From Candidatus Versatilivorator sp. (GTDB lineage: Bacteria > Acidobacteriota > Terriglobia > Versatilivoradales > Versatilivoraceae), in assembly GCA_965207735.1 (NCBI GenBank), contig OZ242296.1:672001-736000 (forward strand): a stretch of 64,000 nucleotides of DNA, read 5' to 3'. The notes below the pieces were generated by a model, which made no database searches, was not told the origin of the DNA, and saw nothing but the letters and a program-made list of their open reading frames with translations. Shown here piece after piece: positions 31,416-42,954 of this stretch. Numbering within the stretch: the first letter of the stretch is position 1; each line of letters begins with the position of its first letter. A program made the position numbers and the translations under genes.

Positions 31416-34232
31416 ATGACCATGAATGAAGTCGGATTCGTTAGTCGCCGGTCCAGCGTGGAAAGCAAGATCGCCCTATTCCGTTCGCTGTTTCGGGGAC
31501 GCGAGGACGTCTATCCGCGCCGATTCGAGAGTTTGGCATCCGGTAAGTCGGGTTATGCGCCAGCATGTTCCAACGAGTGGCGGCCGGGCGTGTGCGAAAA
31601 GCCAAAGATTAAGTGTGCCGACTGCTTCAACCGCCGGTTCCTATCCGTCACCGACCAAGTGGTTCGTTGGCACCTGTCTGGCGCAGACGATAACGGCAAG
31701 CCGTTCACCATGGGCGTCTATCCCATGTCGGTCGATGAAAGCTGTCACTTTCTCGCGGTCGACTTTGACGGCAAGCGGTGGAGTGATGACGCAACAGCCT
31801 ATCTCGAAATCTGTGCCAGGCGTGGAGTCCCCGCTGCTCTCGAACGTTCAAGGTCGGGAAACGGAGGACACATTTGGCTGTTCTTCGACGAGGCTGTACC
31901 GGCGGGGTTGGCGCGCCGGTTAGGGGCGTTGCTTCTCACTGAAGCCATGGATGACCGGGCCGATCTCGGTTTTCGTTCTTACGACCGTTTCTTTCCGAGT
32001 CAAGACACTTTGCCACGTGGCGGATTCGGCAACTTGATCGCTTTGCCGCTGCAGCGCGAGCCGCGGAAGGCCGGCAACAGCGTATTTGTCGATGCGGACT
32101 TGAATCCGTTTGCCGATCAGTGGGCACATCTTTCGCAACTCGGCCGAATTCATTCAATGCAGGCAGAGTCCATGGTCGAACAAGCGGAGAAGAAAGGCCG
32201 CGTGTTGGGTGTCAGGGCCGTCACTCTCGATGACGACCTGTTTGCCGCCGCACCGTGGAACGCACCGCCGTCCCGTAGGCCCGTTGAACCGGCCGTAACC
32301 GCACCGGTTCCCGACAATTTGGAGATCGTGCTCGGTGACCGAGTCTACATCCCAAAGGGGGATTTGCCGCCGAGTATCGTCACCCGCTTGATGCGGCTGG
32401 CGGCGTTCCAGAATCCAGAATTCTACCGCGCGCAGGCCATGCGGTTGCCAACCTACGGCAAGCCCAGGATCGTGGCCTGCGCTGAGAATGGAACCAGGTT
32501 TCTCGATGTTCCTCGGGGTTGTCTGGAAGATGTGGAGAAACTTCTCCGTAGTCTTGGGATCGAGCTTTCGATACAGGACAAACGCTTTTCGGGTCTACCT
32601 CTTACGGTGTCCTTCCAAGGCGTGCTGCGCCCTGAGCAGGAGACGGCGGCGAACGCCATGCTGGCCCATGACACGGGAGTCTTGGCGGCAACGACTGCAT
32701 TCGGGAAGACGGTCGTGGCCGCGTGGCTGATCGCTAAACGAAGCGTCAACACACTGATTCTGGTTCATCGCAAACAACTGTTGGAACAGTGGGTCACCCG
32801 ATTGGGCGAATTACTTGACGTCGCGGAACGTGACATCGGTCGTTTGGGGGGTGGTCGCAAGAAACTCACTGGCAAGATTGATGTCGCCCTGATTCAGAGC
32901 TTGACCAGAAAGGGTCTGGTCTACGACCGAATTGCCGATTACGGATTTGTGATTGTCGATGAGTGTCACCACGTACCCGCTTTCAGCTTCGAACTGGCAG
33001 TCAGCCGCGCAAAAGCCAAGTACCTCACCGGACTCTCGGCAACCGTCGTGCGAAAGGATGGCCACCAGCCGATTGTGTTCATGCAGTGTGGTCCCGTACG
33101 GCACCGCGTGGATGCCAGGCGCCAGGCTGCAAAAAGGCCGTTTTCCCACGTGGTGCTGGCTCGACCGACGGGCTTCCAGATGCAGGGCGAGCCGGAAGGC
33201 GATGCGCGCATCGAGTTCCAACGCGTTTGCGATCAGTTGATAAGGGACAACAGTCGGAATCAGGCGATATGCTCCGAAGTAGTCCAAAACGTTCAAAACG
33301 GTCGGGCGCCACTGGTTATGACGGAACGAGTCGACCACTTGGAGACCCTTGCCGATGGGCTCCGGGCCAGCGGTGTTGACATTGTATGCCTACAGGGTGG
33401 GATGGGAAACAGGGCACTCAAATCGGCTCTGGCTCGGGCTGCCGAGTTCGTACCCGGGCGGGTGTTGTTGGCCACGGGGCGTTTCATTGGGGAGGGATTT
33501 GACAACGCGCGGCTCGATAGCTTGTTCCTGACCATGCCTGTGTCCTGGCGCGGAACCATCTCCCAGTACGTAGGGCGTCTGCATCGTCTTCACGAAAACA
33601 AGCGTGAGGTGCTCGTCTACGACTACGCTGATCTCGATGTGCCGATGCTTTCGCGCATGTTCGAACGACGATGTCGCGCCTACGAGGCGGCTGGCTATTC
33701 CATTTCGCTTCCTGCCAGTGCCGCTCCTGGCTGGCCTGCCGGCGTCCAGCTTCCCGCCGATGGACCTTGGAAACACCGGTACTCGGCAAGCGTGCGGCGT
33801 TTGCTTCGCGATGGGGTTGACGAAACCCTCGCCGAACTCTTCAGCACCATCAGCGGGCCCGTACCCTTGGACGAGCCAAACACCCCACGGGCACGTAGCG
33901 CCAGCGAAGCGTTCCTGTTCCGGCGCCTGCAAAGTATGCCTGAAACCAAAGATCGATTCCGATTGAACGCCCATTTGCCAATTCCGTTTTGTCAGGAAGG
34001 CCACATGGAGGTCGACTTTCTCGACCCGGCGTCACGATTGGTGGTCGAACTGGATGGATCGCAACACTTGGGGGACCGTGAAGCGTATCGGCGAGACCGT
34101 CGCAAGGATGCCCTGCTGCAGGAGCACGGTTATGTGGTGTTGAGGTTCTTAGCCGAAGATCTGGGCCTTGGACTGGATTCGATTCTCGACGAAATCCTGC
34201 GTGCACTTGCCCGAGCAGCCAAAATTTCATGA
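31416..34232 (+). CDS. AEP/TOTE-type primase-like domain + SF2 helicase + DUF559-like nuclease fusion
   Basis: LFRGREDVY, LAVDFD, ERSRSGNGGHIW, GNLIALP; ATTAFGKT, DECHH, GLSAT, QYVGRLHR; C-terminal VDF..LVVELDGSQH..DRRKD.LL..GYVVLRF. Confidence 0.8.
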   Translation: MTMNEVGFVSRRSSVESKIALFRSLFRGREDVYPRRFESLASGKSGYAPACSNEWRPGVCEKPKIKCADCFNRRFLSVTDQVVRWHLSGADDNGKPFTMGVYPMSVDESCHFLAVDFDGKRWSDDATAYLEICARRGVPAALERSRSGNGGHIWLFFDEAVPAGLARRLGALLLTEAMDDRADLGFRSYDRFFPSQDTLPRGGFGNLIALPLQREPRKAGNSVFVDADLNPFADQWAHLSQLGRIHSMQAESMVEQAEKKGRVLGVRAVTLDDDLFAAAPWNAPPSRRPVEPAVTAPVPDNLEIVLGDRVYIPKGDLPPSIVTRLMRLAAFQNPEFYRAQAMRLPTYGKPRIVACAENGTRFLDVPRGCLEDVEKLLRSLGIELSIQDKRFSGLPLTVSFQGVLRPEQETAANAMLAHDTGVLAATTAFGKTVVAAWLIAKRSVNTLILVHRKQLLEQWVTRLGELLDVAERDIGRLGGGRKKLTGKIDVALIQSLTRKGLVYDRIADYGFVIVDECHHVPAFSFELAVSRAKAKYLTGLSATVVRKDGHQPIVFMQCGPVRHRVDARRQAAKRPFSHVVLARPTGFQMQGEPEGDARIEFQRVCDQLIRDNSRNQAICSEVVQNVQNGRAPLVMTERVDHLETLADGLRASGVDIVCLQGGMGNRALKSALARAAEFVPGRVLLATGRFIGEGFDNARLDSLFLTMPVSWRGTISQYVGRLHRLHENKREVLVYDYADLDVPMLSRMFERRCRAYEAAGYSISLPASAAPGWPAGVQLPADGPWKHRYSASVRRLLRDGVDETLAELFSTISGPVPLDEPNTPRARSASEAFLFRRLQSMPETKDRFRLNAHLPIPFCQEGHMEVDFLDPASRLVVELDGSQHLGDREAYRRDRRKDALLQEHGYVVLRFLAEDLGLGLDSILDEILRALARAAKIS

Positions 34233-34275
34233 GAAGTAGGTGGTCAGTGCAGATGGCAAACCAAGTCGGCAATAG

Positions 34276-35559
<1,284 letters not shown>

Positions 35560-35711
35560 TTAGAAAGAAAAGAAATCACTGCATGGCGGGGGCACCCTAG
35601 CACATTGCCTTCGGTAGGGTCAAATGGGGAGGGACCAATGACAAGGCTTGAATTGCGGCACAACTGACCGGTCTCGCTCAGAGCGGGCTTGCCGATCCCG
35701 TCGGGCGCCGG

Positions 35712-36929
35712 TCATTCGACCAGTTCCAGGATTCCCGCGGCGCCCATTCCGCCGCCGATGCACAGGGTGACCATTCCGAACTGAACCCCTCGCCGCCGCA
35801 TCTCGCCAAGCAGGGTCGCCGTCAGTTTGGCGCCGGTGCAACCCAGCGGGTGGCCCAGGGCGATCGCTCCCCCGTTGACGTTGACCCGGTCCGGATCCAG
35901 GCCGGATTGGCGGATGACCGCCAGCGCTTGAGCCGCGAATGCTTCATTCAATTCAATCAGGCCGATCTGAGAGAGCTCGAGACCCGCCTGCTTCAGAGCC
36001 TTGGGAATGGCCTGGACGGGGCCGAGACCCATCTCCTCGGGCGGCACCCCGGCAGTGGCGAAGGAGAGGAACCGTCCCAGGATCGTCCAACCTCGATCCC
36101 TGGCCGTGTTCCGGGAGGCCAGCACCACGGCGGCAGCGCCGTCACTCATGGGCGAGGAGTTTCCGGCGGTGATGGAACCGCTGGCGTGGAAGGCCGGCTT
36201 GAGCTGAGCCAGTGCCGGCAGGCTCGTGTCCTTGCGCGGACCTTCGTCCCGGTCAAAACGGGTGGGGCCTGTTCCCTTCTCTGCCTGTCCATTGCCATCG
36301 CCGCCGAGAGAATCCGGTGCGGCTCGGCCGAGGCCGTTCGGGGTCAGCTCCAGCGGCACGATCTCATCCCGAAAGCGTCCCTCCTCCATGGCCTGGATCG
36401 CTTTGCGATGGCTCCGGAGGGCAAAGCGGTCCTGTTGCTCGCGGCCGATCTCGTACTTGCGAGCCAGGTTTTCGGCGGTCATTCCCATGTTGAGGTAGAC
36501 ATCCGGATAGGAATCCGCCAGATCGGGGTTGGGCGAGAAATGGTGCCCGGCCCTGGGGATCAGGCTCATGCTTTCCGTTCCTCCAGCCAGGATGACCTCG
36601 GCCGAGCCGCACCGGATTCTTTCGGCGGCGAAGGCAATGGACTGCAGTCCCGAGGCGCAGAAGCGGTTGACGGTGACAGCGGAGACCGAAACCGGCAGAC
36701 CGGCCCTCAAGCCGGCGATGCGGGCCACGTTCATTCCCTGCTCCGCCTCCGGCATGGCGCACCCCAGGATGACGTCTTCGATTTCCCCGGTCTTCAACCC
36801 GGGGACGCGCCGGACGGCTTCCGAGATGGCGACGGCAGCCAGGTCGTCGGGGCGGGTATGTCTCAGGGCTCCCTTCTTGGCTTTCCCGACGGGAGTCCTG
36901 GCGGCGCTGACGATCACAGCCTCTTTCAT
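35712..36929 (-). CDS. fadA: Acetyl-CoA C-acyltransferase (thiolase)
   Basis: [34 protein letters not shown]. Confidence 0.9.
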   Translation of the reverse strand: MKEAVIVSAARTPVGKAKKGALRHTRPDDLAAVAISEAVRRVPGLKTGEIEDVILGCAMPEAEQGMNVARIAGLRAGLPVSVSAVTVNRFCASGLQSIAFAAERIRCGSAEVILAGGTESMSLIPRAGHHFSPNPDLADSYPDVYLNMGMTAENLARKYEIGREQQDRFALRSHRKAIQAMEEGRFRDEIVPLELTPNGLGRAAPDSLGGDGNGQAEKGTGPTRFDRDEGPRKDTSLPALAQLKPAFHASGSITAGNSSPMSDGAAAVVLASRNTARDRGWTILGRFLSFATAGVPPEEMGLGPVQAIPKALKQAGLELSQIGLIELNEAFAAQALAVIRQSGLDPDRVNVNGGAIALGHPLGCTGAKLTATLLGEMRRRGVQFGMVTLCIGGGMGAAGILELVE

Positions 36930-36952
36930 GGGTCTCTTTCCGGTGGTTCCAA

Positions 36953-39349
36953 TCAGTTCCGCAGCGGCTTGCCTCGCTGCAGCATGGTTTGGATCCTGTC
37001 CTGGGACTTGCGTTCTCCACAGAGACTGAGAAAGGTCTCTCTCTCCAGATCCAAAAAATGCTGTTCGTTGACGTCCCGCGGGCTGCTGCAGTCACCCCCG
37101 CAGAGAACAAGAGCCAATTTGCTGCCCAGATGATAGTCGTAGGGGCTGATGTAGGCTCCCCGCAGCAACTGGTGCATGGCGATCTTGAGAGTGGATAGTG
37201 CCGGCCGGCCCAGCGCGGGCACCGCCAGCGGTGGATCGGGTTGCTGAAAGCCTTGCCGGACGAGTGTCACAACCCTCTGCTTGGCGTCGGCAATCAGGCG
37301 GTCGGGGTTCATGGTGATGGCATCGCTGGGCCGAATGAAGCCCAGAGACCGGGCCTCGGCACCGCTGCCGGACACCTTTGCCTCGGCGATGGTCTCGAAG
37401 GATGTGCGCAGGCACGGAAACAGCTCCTGGTCCGGCCGGGACCTCTCCAGGCTCCGCAACACCATTTCCTTGGTGCCTCCCGCTGCCGGAATCAGGCCCA
37501 CTGCCAACTCGACCAGTCCCATGTAAGTCTCGGCCGAGGCCTGCACGGCCGAGGCGTGCAAGGCGACTTCGCAACCCCCTCCCAAGGTGAGCCCGAACGG
37601 AGCGACGACTACCGGACAAGGAGAATACTTGATCTCCATGTTGGCTGTTTGAAACAGCCGAATCATGCTGTCGATCTCCTCCCACTTCCGTTCCCGAGCC
37701 TTGCGCAGGATTTGCACCAGGTCGGCTCCGGCGGAAAACTGGGCGCCCTGATTGCCGATTACCATCCCGGAGAATTCGGATCGCGCCAGTTGAAGCGCTT
37801 CTCGGATCATGCGGAGGGTGTCGTCCCCGATGGTGTTCATCTTGGCGTGGAACTCCAGGCAGAGGACACCGTCGCCAAGGTCGATCAAGCTGGCCCGGGG
37901 ATTCTTGCGGACGACTCCTCCCTTTTGCTCCCTGAGTGAGGACAGAAGGACCATTCCGTCGGGAACACCGACGGGGAGATAGTCCCGGGAGGGACAATCG
38001 AAGTAGGAGACGATTCCCCGGCGGCGCCGGTAAAAGCGCTTGCCGGGGGTGTCCAGTACCATCCGCGCCAACTCCGGCACTTTTCTTCCCTCGGACTCCA
38101 GGCGCGCCGCCACGGTTTCGACACCCAGAGCATCCCAGGTCTCAAAGGGGCCCATGTCCCAATTGAAGCCCCACTTCATGGCGTTGTCGATGGTGAGGAT
38201 ATCGTCTGAAATCTCCGGGATTCGATTGGCGGCGTAAACCATCTCTCCGCTGAGCGCTTTCCAGACCAGTTGTCCTGCCGGGTCGTCGGATCGAATCAAC
38301 GCCCTCAACCTTTCGGAGGTATCCGGGATGGCCTTGGCTACCGCCAGCGAGGGATACTCGGCCTTGCGACGGGAGCGATACTCCAGGGATTCAAGATCCA
38401 GCGCCAGGATTTCCCCGCTCGGCATCTTTCGATAAAATCCGCTGCCACTCTTGGCTCCCAGCCAGTTTCGCTCAATCATTCGCCGGATGACTTCAGGGAT
38501 CTCGAAGAGTTGGTGATGCTCATCGCCGGGCGCGCTTTCAAAGAGGGTGGCGGTGACCCGTGCGAAGGTGTCGAGGCCAACGATGTCCAGGGTGCGGAAA
38601 GTGGCGCTCTTGGGGCGCCCGATCAGCCTGCCGGTCAGCAGGTCGATGTCGTCCACCCCGTAACTCTCCTCCAACACCATGCGAAGGAGTTGCTGGAGGG
38701 CAAAGGCCCCCACCCGGTTGGCCACGAAGTTGGGAGTGTCCTTGGCCAACACGATGCCCTTGCCCAGGCGATAGTGGCCGAGATGAGTGATGGTTTGGAC
38801 CACCGATTCCAGGGTTTCCGGGGTGGGAATCAGTTCCAGTAGCTTGAGGTAGCGAGGCGGATTGAAGAAATGGGTTCCCAGCCAGTGTTGCCGAAAGTCA
38901 TCGCTCAGCCCTTCGGCCAGGCGGTTGACTGAGATCCCGGAGGTGTTGGAGCTGACAATCGATCCTGGCCGGCGGATCCCATCGAGGTCCTTGAGCAGGC
39001 GGGCTTTGATGTCGAAGTCTTCCGAGACGGCTTCGATGATCCAGTCCACCTCCCCCAGCCAGGAACGGTGGTCCTGCAAATTGCCAAGTTGAATGCGACG
39101 GGCGTCCTCCGGAAGAAAGAAAGCCGGAGGTTTGGTTCGTTCCGCCCTGCGCAGCCCCTGTTGCACCAGCCGCTGCCGAAACCGGGGGTCGGAAGCTGAG
39201 CATTCCCCGGATTCCTTTTCGGAAGTCGGATCTGAAGGAGGGATGTCCAGCAGACAGACCGAAAAGCGGGCGTTGACCAGGTGGGCGGCAATGGCCGCGC
39301 CCATCACCCCCGCACCGACCACGCCCACCCGTTCAATCCTTTGTTTCAT
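36953..39349 (-). CDS. 3-hydroxyacyl-CoA dehydrogenase/enoyl-CoA hydratase (FadN-like)
   Basis: GAGVMG, SNTSG, HFFNPPRYL, LGGGCE, GLVE..VGLIPAAGG; ends GKPLRN. Confidence 0.92.
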   Translation of the reverse strand: MKQRIERVGVVGAGVMGAAIAAHLVNARFSVCLLDIPPSDPTSEKESGECSASDPRFRQRLVQQGLRRAERTKPPAFFLPEDARRIQLGNLQDHRSWLGEVDWIIEAVSEDFDIKARLLKDLDGIRRPGSIVSSNTSGISVNRLAEGLSDDFRQHWLGTHFFNPPRYLKLLELIPTPETLESVVQTITHLGHYRLGKGIVLAKDTPNFVANRVGAFALQQLLRMVLEESYGVDDIDLLTGRLIGRPKSATFRTLDIVGLDTFARVTATLFESAPGDEHHQLFEIPEVIRRMIERNWLGAKSGSGFYRKMPSGEILALDLESLEYRSRRKAEYPSLAVAKAIPDTSERLRALIRSDDPAGQLVWKALSGEMVYAANRIPEISDDILTIDNAMKWGFNWDMGPFETWDALGVETVAARLESEGRKVPELARMVLDTPGKRFYRRRRGIVSYFDCPSRDYLPVGVPDGMVLLSSLREQKGGVVRKNPRASLIDLGDGVLCLEFHAKMNTIGDDTLRMIREALQLARSEFSGMVIGNQGAQFSAGADLVQILRKARERKWEEIDSMIRLFQTANMEIKYSPCPVVVAPFGLTLGGGCEVALHASAVQASAETYMGLVELAVGLIPAAGGTKEMVLRSLERSRPDQELFPCLRTSFETIAEAKVSGSGAEARSLGFIRPSDAITMNPDRLIADAKQRVVTLVRQGFQQPDPPLAVPALGRPALSTLKIAMHQLLRGAYISPYDYHLGSKLALVLCGGDCSSPRDVNEQHFLDLERETFLSLCGERKSQDRIQTMLQRGKPLRN

Positions 39350-39365
39350 AGGGCGTGGTTGTTAC

Positions 39366-41171
39366 CTACTCCGGTTTGGATGGGCTCTCCGCGTAGAGGG
39401 CTTCAATCTCATTCTTAAATCTCTTCTCGACAATTCGACGTTTAACTTTCAGTGTAGGAGTCAGTTCCCCGTCCTCGATGGTGAAGTCCTTTTCTACGGG
39501 AACGACTTTTTTCACCGTTTCGAAAGAGGCCAATCCGGCAGTTGATTTTTCGACTGCGTTCATGAGGAATTCTTGAATGGGCGGGCTTTGGAGCAGGTCG
39601 CCGTAGCTCTCAAAGGAGAGTCCCTGTTCACGCGCGTGGTCGGTGATCGTCTCCGGGTTGGGGACCACCAGGGCGCACAGGTAGGGGCGCTTGTCTCCCA
39701 ACACGACCGCATTGAGCAGCACCGGGCTGGCTTTGAGGAGCCTCTCGATCGGCTGGGGGGCGACGTTTTTCCCGCCGGCTGTGACAATCAGGTCCTTCTT
39801 GCGATCGGTGATCTTCAGGAATCCGTCCGGGTCCAGATGGCCGATGTCCCCGGTGTGGAACCACCCTTCCTTGATCACCTCTCGAGTTTCCTCGGGCCTG
39901 TTGTAATAGCCGAGCATCACTGACGGCCCCCGGGTCAGGACCTCGCCGTCTTCGGCGATTCTCGCTTCCAGACCGGGCAACGGCTGTCCCACCGTTCCGA
40001 ACCTGAAGCGGTTCGGCAGGTTGACCGCGATCACCGGTGAGGTTTCAGTGAGGCCGTAGCCTTCCAGGATCAGGATCCCGGCGCTGAGGAAGAACTCGGC
40101 CAGGCTGGGGTCGAGGGGGGCGCCTCCCGAGATGAAGAATCGCAGCCGACCCCCAAGGCGCTGTTGCAGCTTGGCAAACACGATCTTGGAGGCGAGGAAG
40201 CGCTGGAAGGCCAGGCCGGGGGGCGGGGTGGTGCCCTGGAGAATGTGACGGGTATGGCGCTCCCCTACTCCGAAGGCCCAATCGCTCAGCGCGCGTTTCA
40301 GGCCGGTACTGAGTCGCCTGGATTCCATGACACGGTCGTGTAACTTCTCGAAGAATCTGGGGACGCAAGCCACCACCGTGGGTTGGACCTCCTGCATGTT
40401 GAGCGGTACCTTTTCGATGCTTTCGGCGTATGCGATGCTCACGCCGCAATTGAACATGAGGTAGTGCGCCACCCGTTCGAAAATATGGCTGAGCGGCAGC
40501 AGGGAAAGGACGCTGTCCCTGTGATCGAAGTCGAATCCCCGGCTGAGTTCCAGGACGTTGGCCACGATGTTGGCATGGGACAGCATGACTCCCTTGGGCG
40601 GCCCGGTAGTGCCGGAGGTGTAGATGATGGTGGCCACGTCTTGCGGACCGATTCCTTGACGGACCTTCAGATATGCGGCAGGGTCGCTCTGCGAAGCCTG
40701 TTCCCCCTCCTCCCGCAGGCTGTTGAAGCTCCGCAGGCTGTCGGATTCGGGTTCTTCCAGGTCCATGACCACCGTGGATTGGAGACTGGGTATCTTCGAC
40801 TCGATTTCCCGGATCTTCTCCAGTTGTTCCGTGGTGGACAGGATGATGATCTTGACGCCGGCGTCGTTGAGAAGCCCCTCGATCTGGTTCGCGGGCAACG
40901 TCGGATAGACGGGAACGTTGATGGCGCCGGCGGAAAGAATGGAGATGTCCGAAACCAGCCATTCGGGCCTGTTTTCCGACAGGAGGGCGATACGGTCGCC
41001 GGCCTCCGCTCCCAGGTTCATCAATCCCGCGACCACGCCCTGGACTTGGCTTCGGACCTCCGCCGAAGACAGCGGGTGAAAGCGGCCCTCCCGCTTGACC
41101 ATCAAAGCGTCAGGCCGGCTCTTGTGGGTTACGGCCTCCTCGAAGAGGTCGACAATCGTTTGTGGTGTCAT
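39366..41171 (-). CDS. Long-chain fatty acid-CoA ligase
   Basis: YTSGTTGPPKG, EGYGLTET, WFHTGDIG, LTPTLK. Start placed at ATG 41171; the longer ORF is a shadow of gcvT. Confidence 0.92.
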   Translation of the reverse strand: MTPQTIVDLFEEAVTHKSRPDALMVKREGRFHPLSSAEVRSQVQGVVAGLMNLGAEAGDRIALLSENRPEWLVSDISILSAGAINVPVYPTLPANQIEGLLNDAGVKIIILSTTEQLEKIREIESKIPSLQSTVVMDLEEPESDSLRSFNSLREEGEQASQSDPAAYLKVRQGIGPQDVATIIYTSGTTGPPKGVMLSHANIVANVLELSRGFDFDHRDSVLSLLPLSHIFERVAHYLMFNCGVSIAYAESIEKVPLNMQEVQPTVVACVPRFFEKLHDRVMESRRLSTGLKRALSDWAFGVGERHTRHILQGTTPPPGLAFQRFLASKIVFAKLQQRLGGRLRFFISGGAPLDPSLAEFFLSAGILILEGYGLTETSPVIAVNLPNRFRFGTVGQPLPGLEARIAEDGEVLTRGPSVMLGYYNRPEETREVIKEGWFHTGDIGHLDPDGFLKITDRKKDLIVTAGGKNVAPQPIERLLKASPVLLNAVVLGDKRPYLCALVVPNPETITDHAREQGLSFESYGDLLQSPPIQEFLMNAVEKSTAGLASFETVKKVVPVEKDFTIEDGELTPTLKVKRRIVEKRFKNEIEALYAESPSKPE

Positions 41172-41426
41172 GGGTTCCCTCGTGCGTTCCGGTTGGTGAA
41201 GTTGAGGACCATGCCCGGCTGTCTTTCCCAAGCTGGAATTTCGGTGATTATAGCAAACTCGGAAACCCTCCGGGCTGCAGGCTGGAACGGTCCCCCTTTG
41301 GCGGGATTCAGCTCGCTCTCGAGGCCTGTCGGAACGCCTCCGGAGCCACCAGCCGATTGGCTTGACGCCTCCTGGTGGGTGTGTTACTTTGCCACGCTTG
41401 ATGCCTCCTTCCGAGACCGGCAGCCG

Positions 41427-42575
41427 ATGACGTCCCCGCTGAAAAAGACTTCCCTGCACGCGTTGCATCGAAGGTTGGGATCCAGGATGGGCGCATTTGG
41501 CGGCTGGGAAATGCCCATCGAATACACGGGAATCGTGGGGGAGCATCTGGCCGTGCGGACCAGGGTGGGTCTGTTCGACGTCAGCCATATGGGAGAGATC
41601 GAGATCGATGGACCCGGCAGCCTGGCTCTGGTGCAGCAGGTCGCCTGCAACGATGCCGGACGTCTCCAGCTCGGTCAGATCCAATACTCCGCCTTGCTCA
41701 CCGAGCGGGGGACGTTTGTGGATGACATTCTGGTCCATCGGCTGGAAGAGAGCCGCTTTCTCCTTTGCGTCAATGCCGGCAACACGGGCAACGATTATCG
41801 CCACATATGCCGTCAAAACCGATTCGGGGCCCGGGTTACCGACGCCAGCGATCACTATGCGCAGTTGGCCATTCAAGGTCCCGAGGCCGCGCCAGTCCTC
41901 CAGTCCCTGGTCGATCTGGACCTGTCTGAAATCGGCTACTACCGTTTTCGACCCGGGCGGGTCCAGGACGTTCGGGGGCTCATCGCGCGGACCGGCTACA
42001 CGGGGGAAGATGGCTTTGAGATCTATTTTCCGCCCACCGCCGCCGAGGCCGTGTGGGAGGGTCTGAGCCGAGCGGGACGATCGCGGGAGTTGCTTCCGGC
42101 AGGACTGGGAGCACGCAATACCCTGCGCCTGGAGGCCAAAATGGCTCTCTACGGTCACGAGATCGATGGAGAGACAACGCCCTGGGAAGCGGGATTGGGG
42201 TGGATGGTTCGCATGGACAAACCCGACTTCACGGGAAAGGCCGCCCTGGCCGCCCAACTGGAGGCGGGAGTGCAAAGAAAGCTGGTTGGTTTCGAGATGC
42301 GCGGGCCGGGAATCGGCCGGGACGGATATGACGTGCTTCGAAACGGCCGGAGGATCGGTTGGGTCACCAGCGGCAGCCCTGCTCCTTTTCTCAAGAAAAA
42401 CATCGGACTTGCCTATGTGAACGCGGGTGAAGCCTTCCTGGGAAACCGGCTCGATATTCAGGTCAGAAAACGCCTGGTGCCCGCCGAAGTCGTGAAGACC
42501 CCGTTCTATCGGAGAGAGAGGCGTCGGCCTGTCGGCCCTCGTCCAAACCCGGAGACCCCCCATGAGGCTTCCTGA
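41427..42575 (+). CDS. gcvT: Glycine cleavage T protein
   Basis: FGGWEMP, LFDVSHMG, RTGYTGEDGFE, GLGARNTLRLEA. Confidence 0.96.
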   Translation: MTSPLKKTSLHALHRRLGSRMGAFGGWEMPIEYTGIVGEHLAVRTRVGLFDVSHMGEIEIDGPGSLALVQQVACNDAGRLQLGQIQYSALLTERGTFVDDILVHRLEESRFLLCVNAGNTGNDYRHICRQNRFGARVTDASDHYAQLAIQGPEAAPVLQSLVDLDLSEIGYYRFRPGRVQDVRGLIARTGYTGEDGFEIYFPPTAAEAVWEGLSRAGRSRELLPAGLGARNTLRLEAKMALYGHEIDGETTPWEAGLGWMVRMDKPDFTGKAALAAQLEAGVQRKLVGFEMRGPGIGRDGYDVLRNGRRIGWVTSGSPAPFLKKNIGLAYVNAGEAFLGNRLDIQVRKRLVPAEVVKTPFYRRERRRPVGPRPNPETPHEAS

Positions 42576-42954
42576 GGACTGTCGTTACAGCAAACAGCAC
42601 GAATGGATTCGAGTCGACGGAGATGGCGGGACGGTAGGCATCACCGATCACGCCCAGAAGGAGTTGGGGGACGTTGTTTTCGTAGAGTTGCCCGAGATCG
42701 GCCAGGTCTGCGCCGCCGACGAGGTTCTGGCCAACGTGGAATCCGTGAAGGCCGTATCCGAGGTCTACGCTCCGGTGGCGGGAGAGGTGACGGCCGTCAA
42801 TTCGGCCTTGGTTTCCTCTCCCGAACTGGTCAACCAGGACCCCCATGGAGAAGCCTGGTTTGTCAGGATCAAGTTGGTCGACTCCAGCGGTCTCGACAAT
42901 CTTCTTACCGCCGACCAATACCGAAAATATGTCGAGGAGGAGTCGGCTGGTTAG
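42562..42954 (+). CDS. gcvH: Glycine cleavage H protein
   Basis: HEW, GITDHAQ.ELGD, lipoyl motif VESVKAVSEVYAP. Confidence 0.96.
   Translation: MRLPEDCRYSKQHEWIRVDGDGGTVGITDHAQKELGDVVFVELPEIGQVCAADEVLANVESVKAVSEVYAPVAGEVTAVNSALVSSPELVNQDPHGEAWFVRIKLVDSSGLDNLLTADQYRKYVEEESAG

Noticed and set aside
41172-41426. Glycine riboswitch upstream of gcvT
   Set aside because: I could not find the conserved GGAGA/CCGAAG/CTCTCAGG elements.
41172-42563. N-terminal extensions giving the 1065-aa and 730-aa ORFs
   Set aside because: Shadow frames of the divergent acyl-CoA ligase and gcvT genes; family motifs begin at 41171 and 41427.
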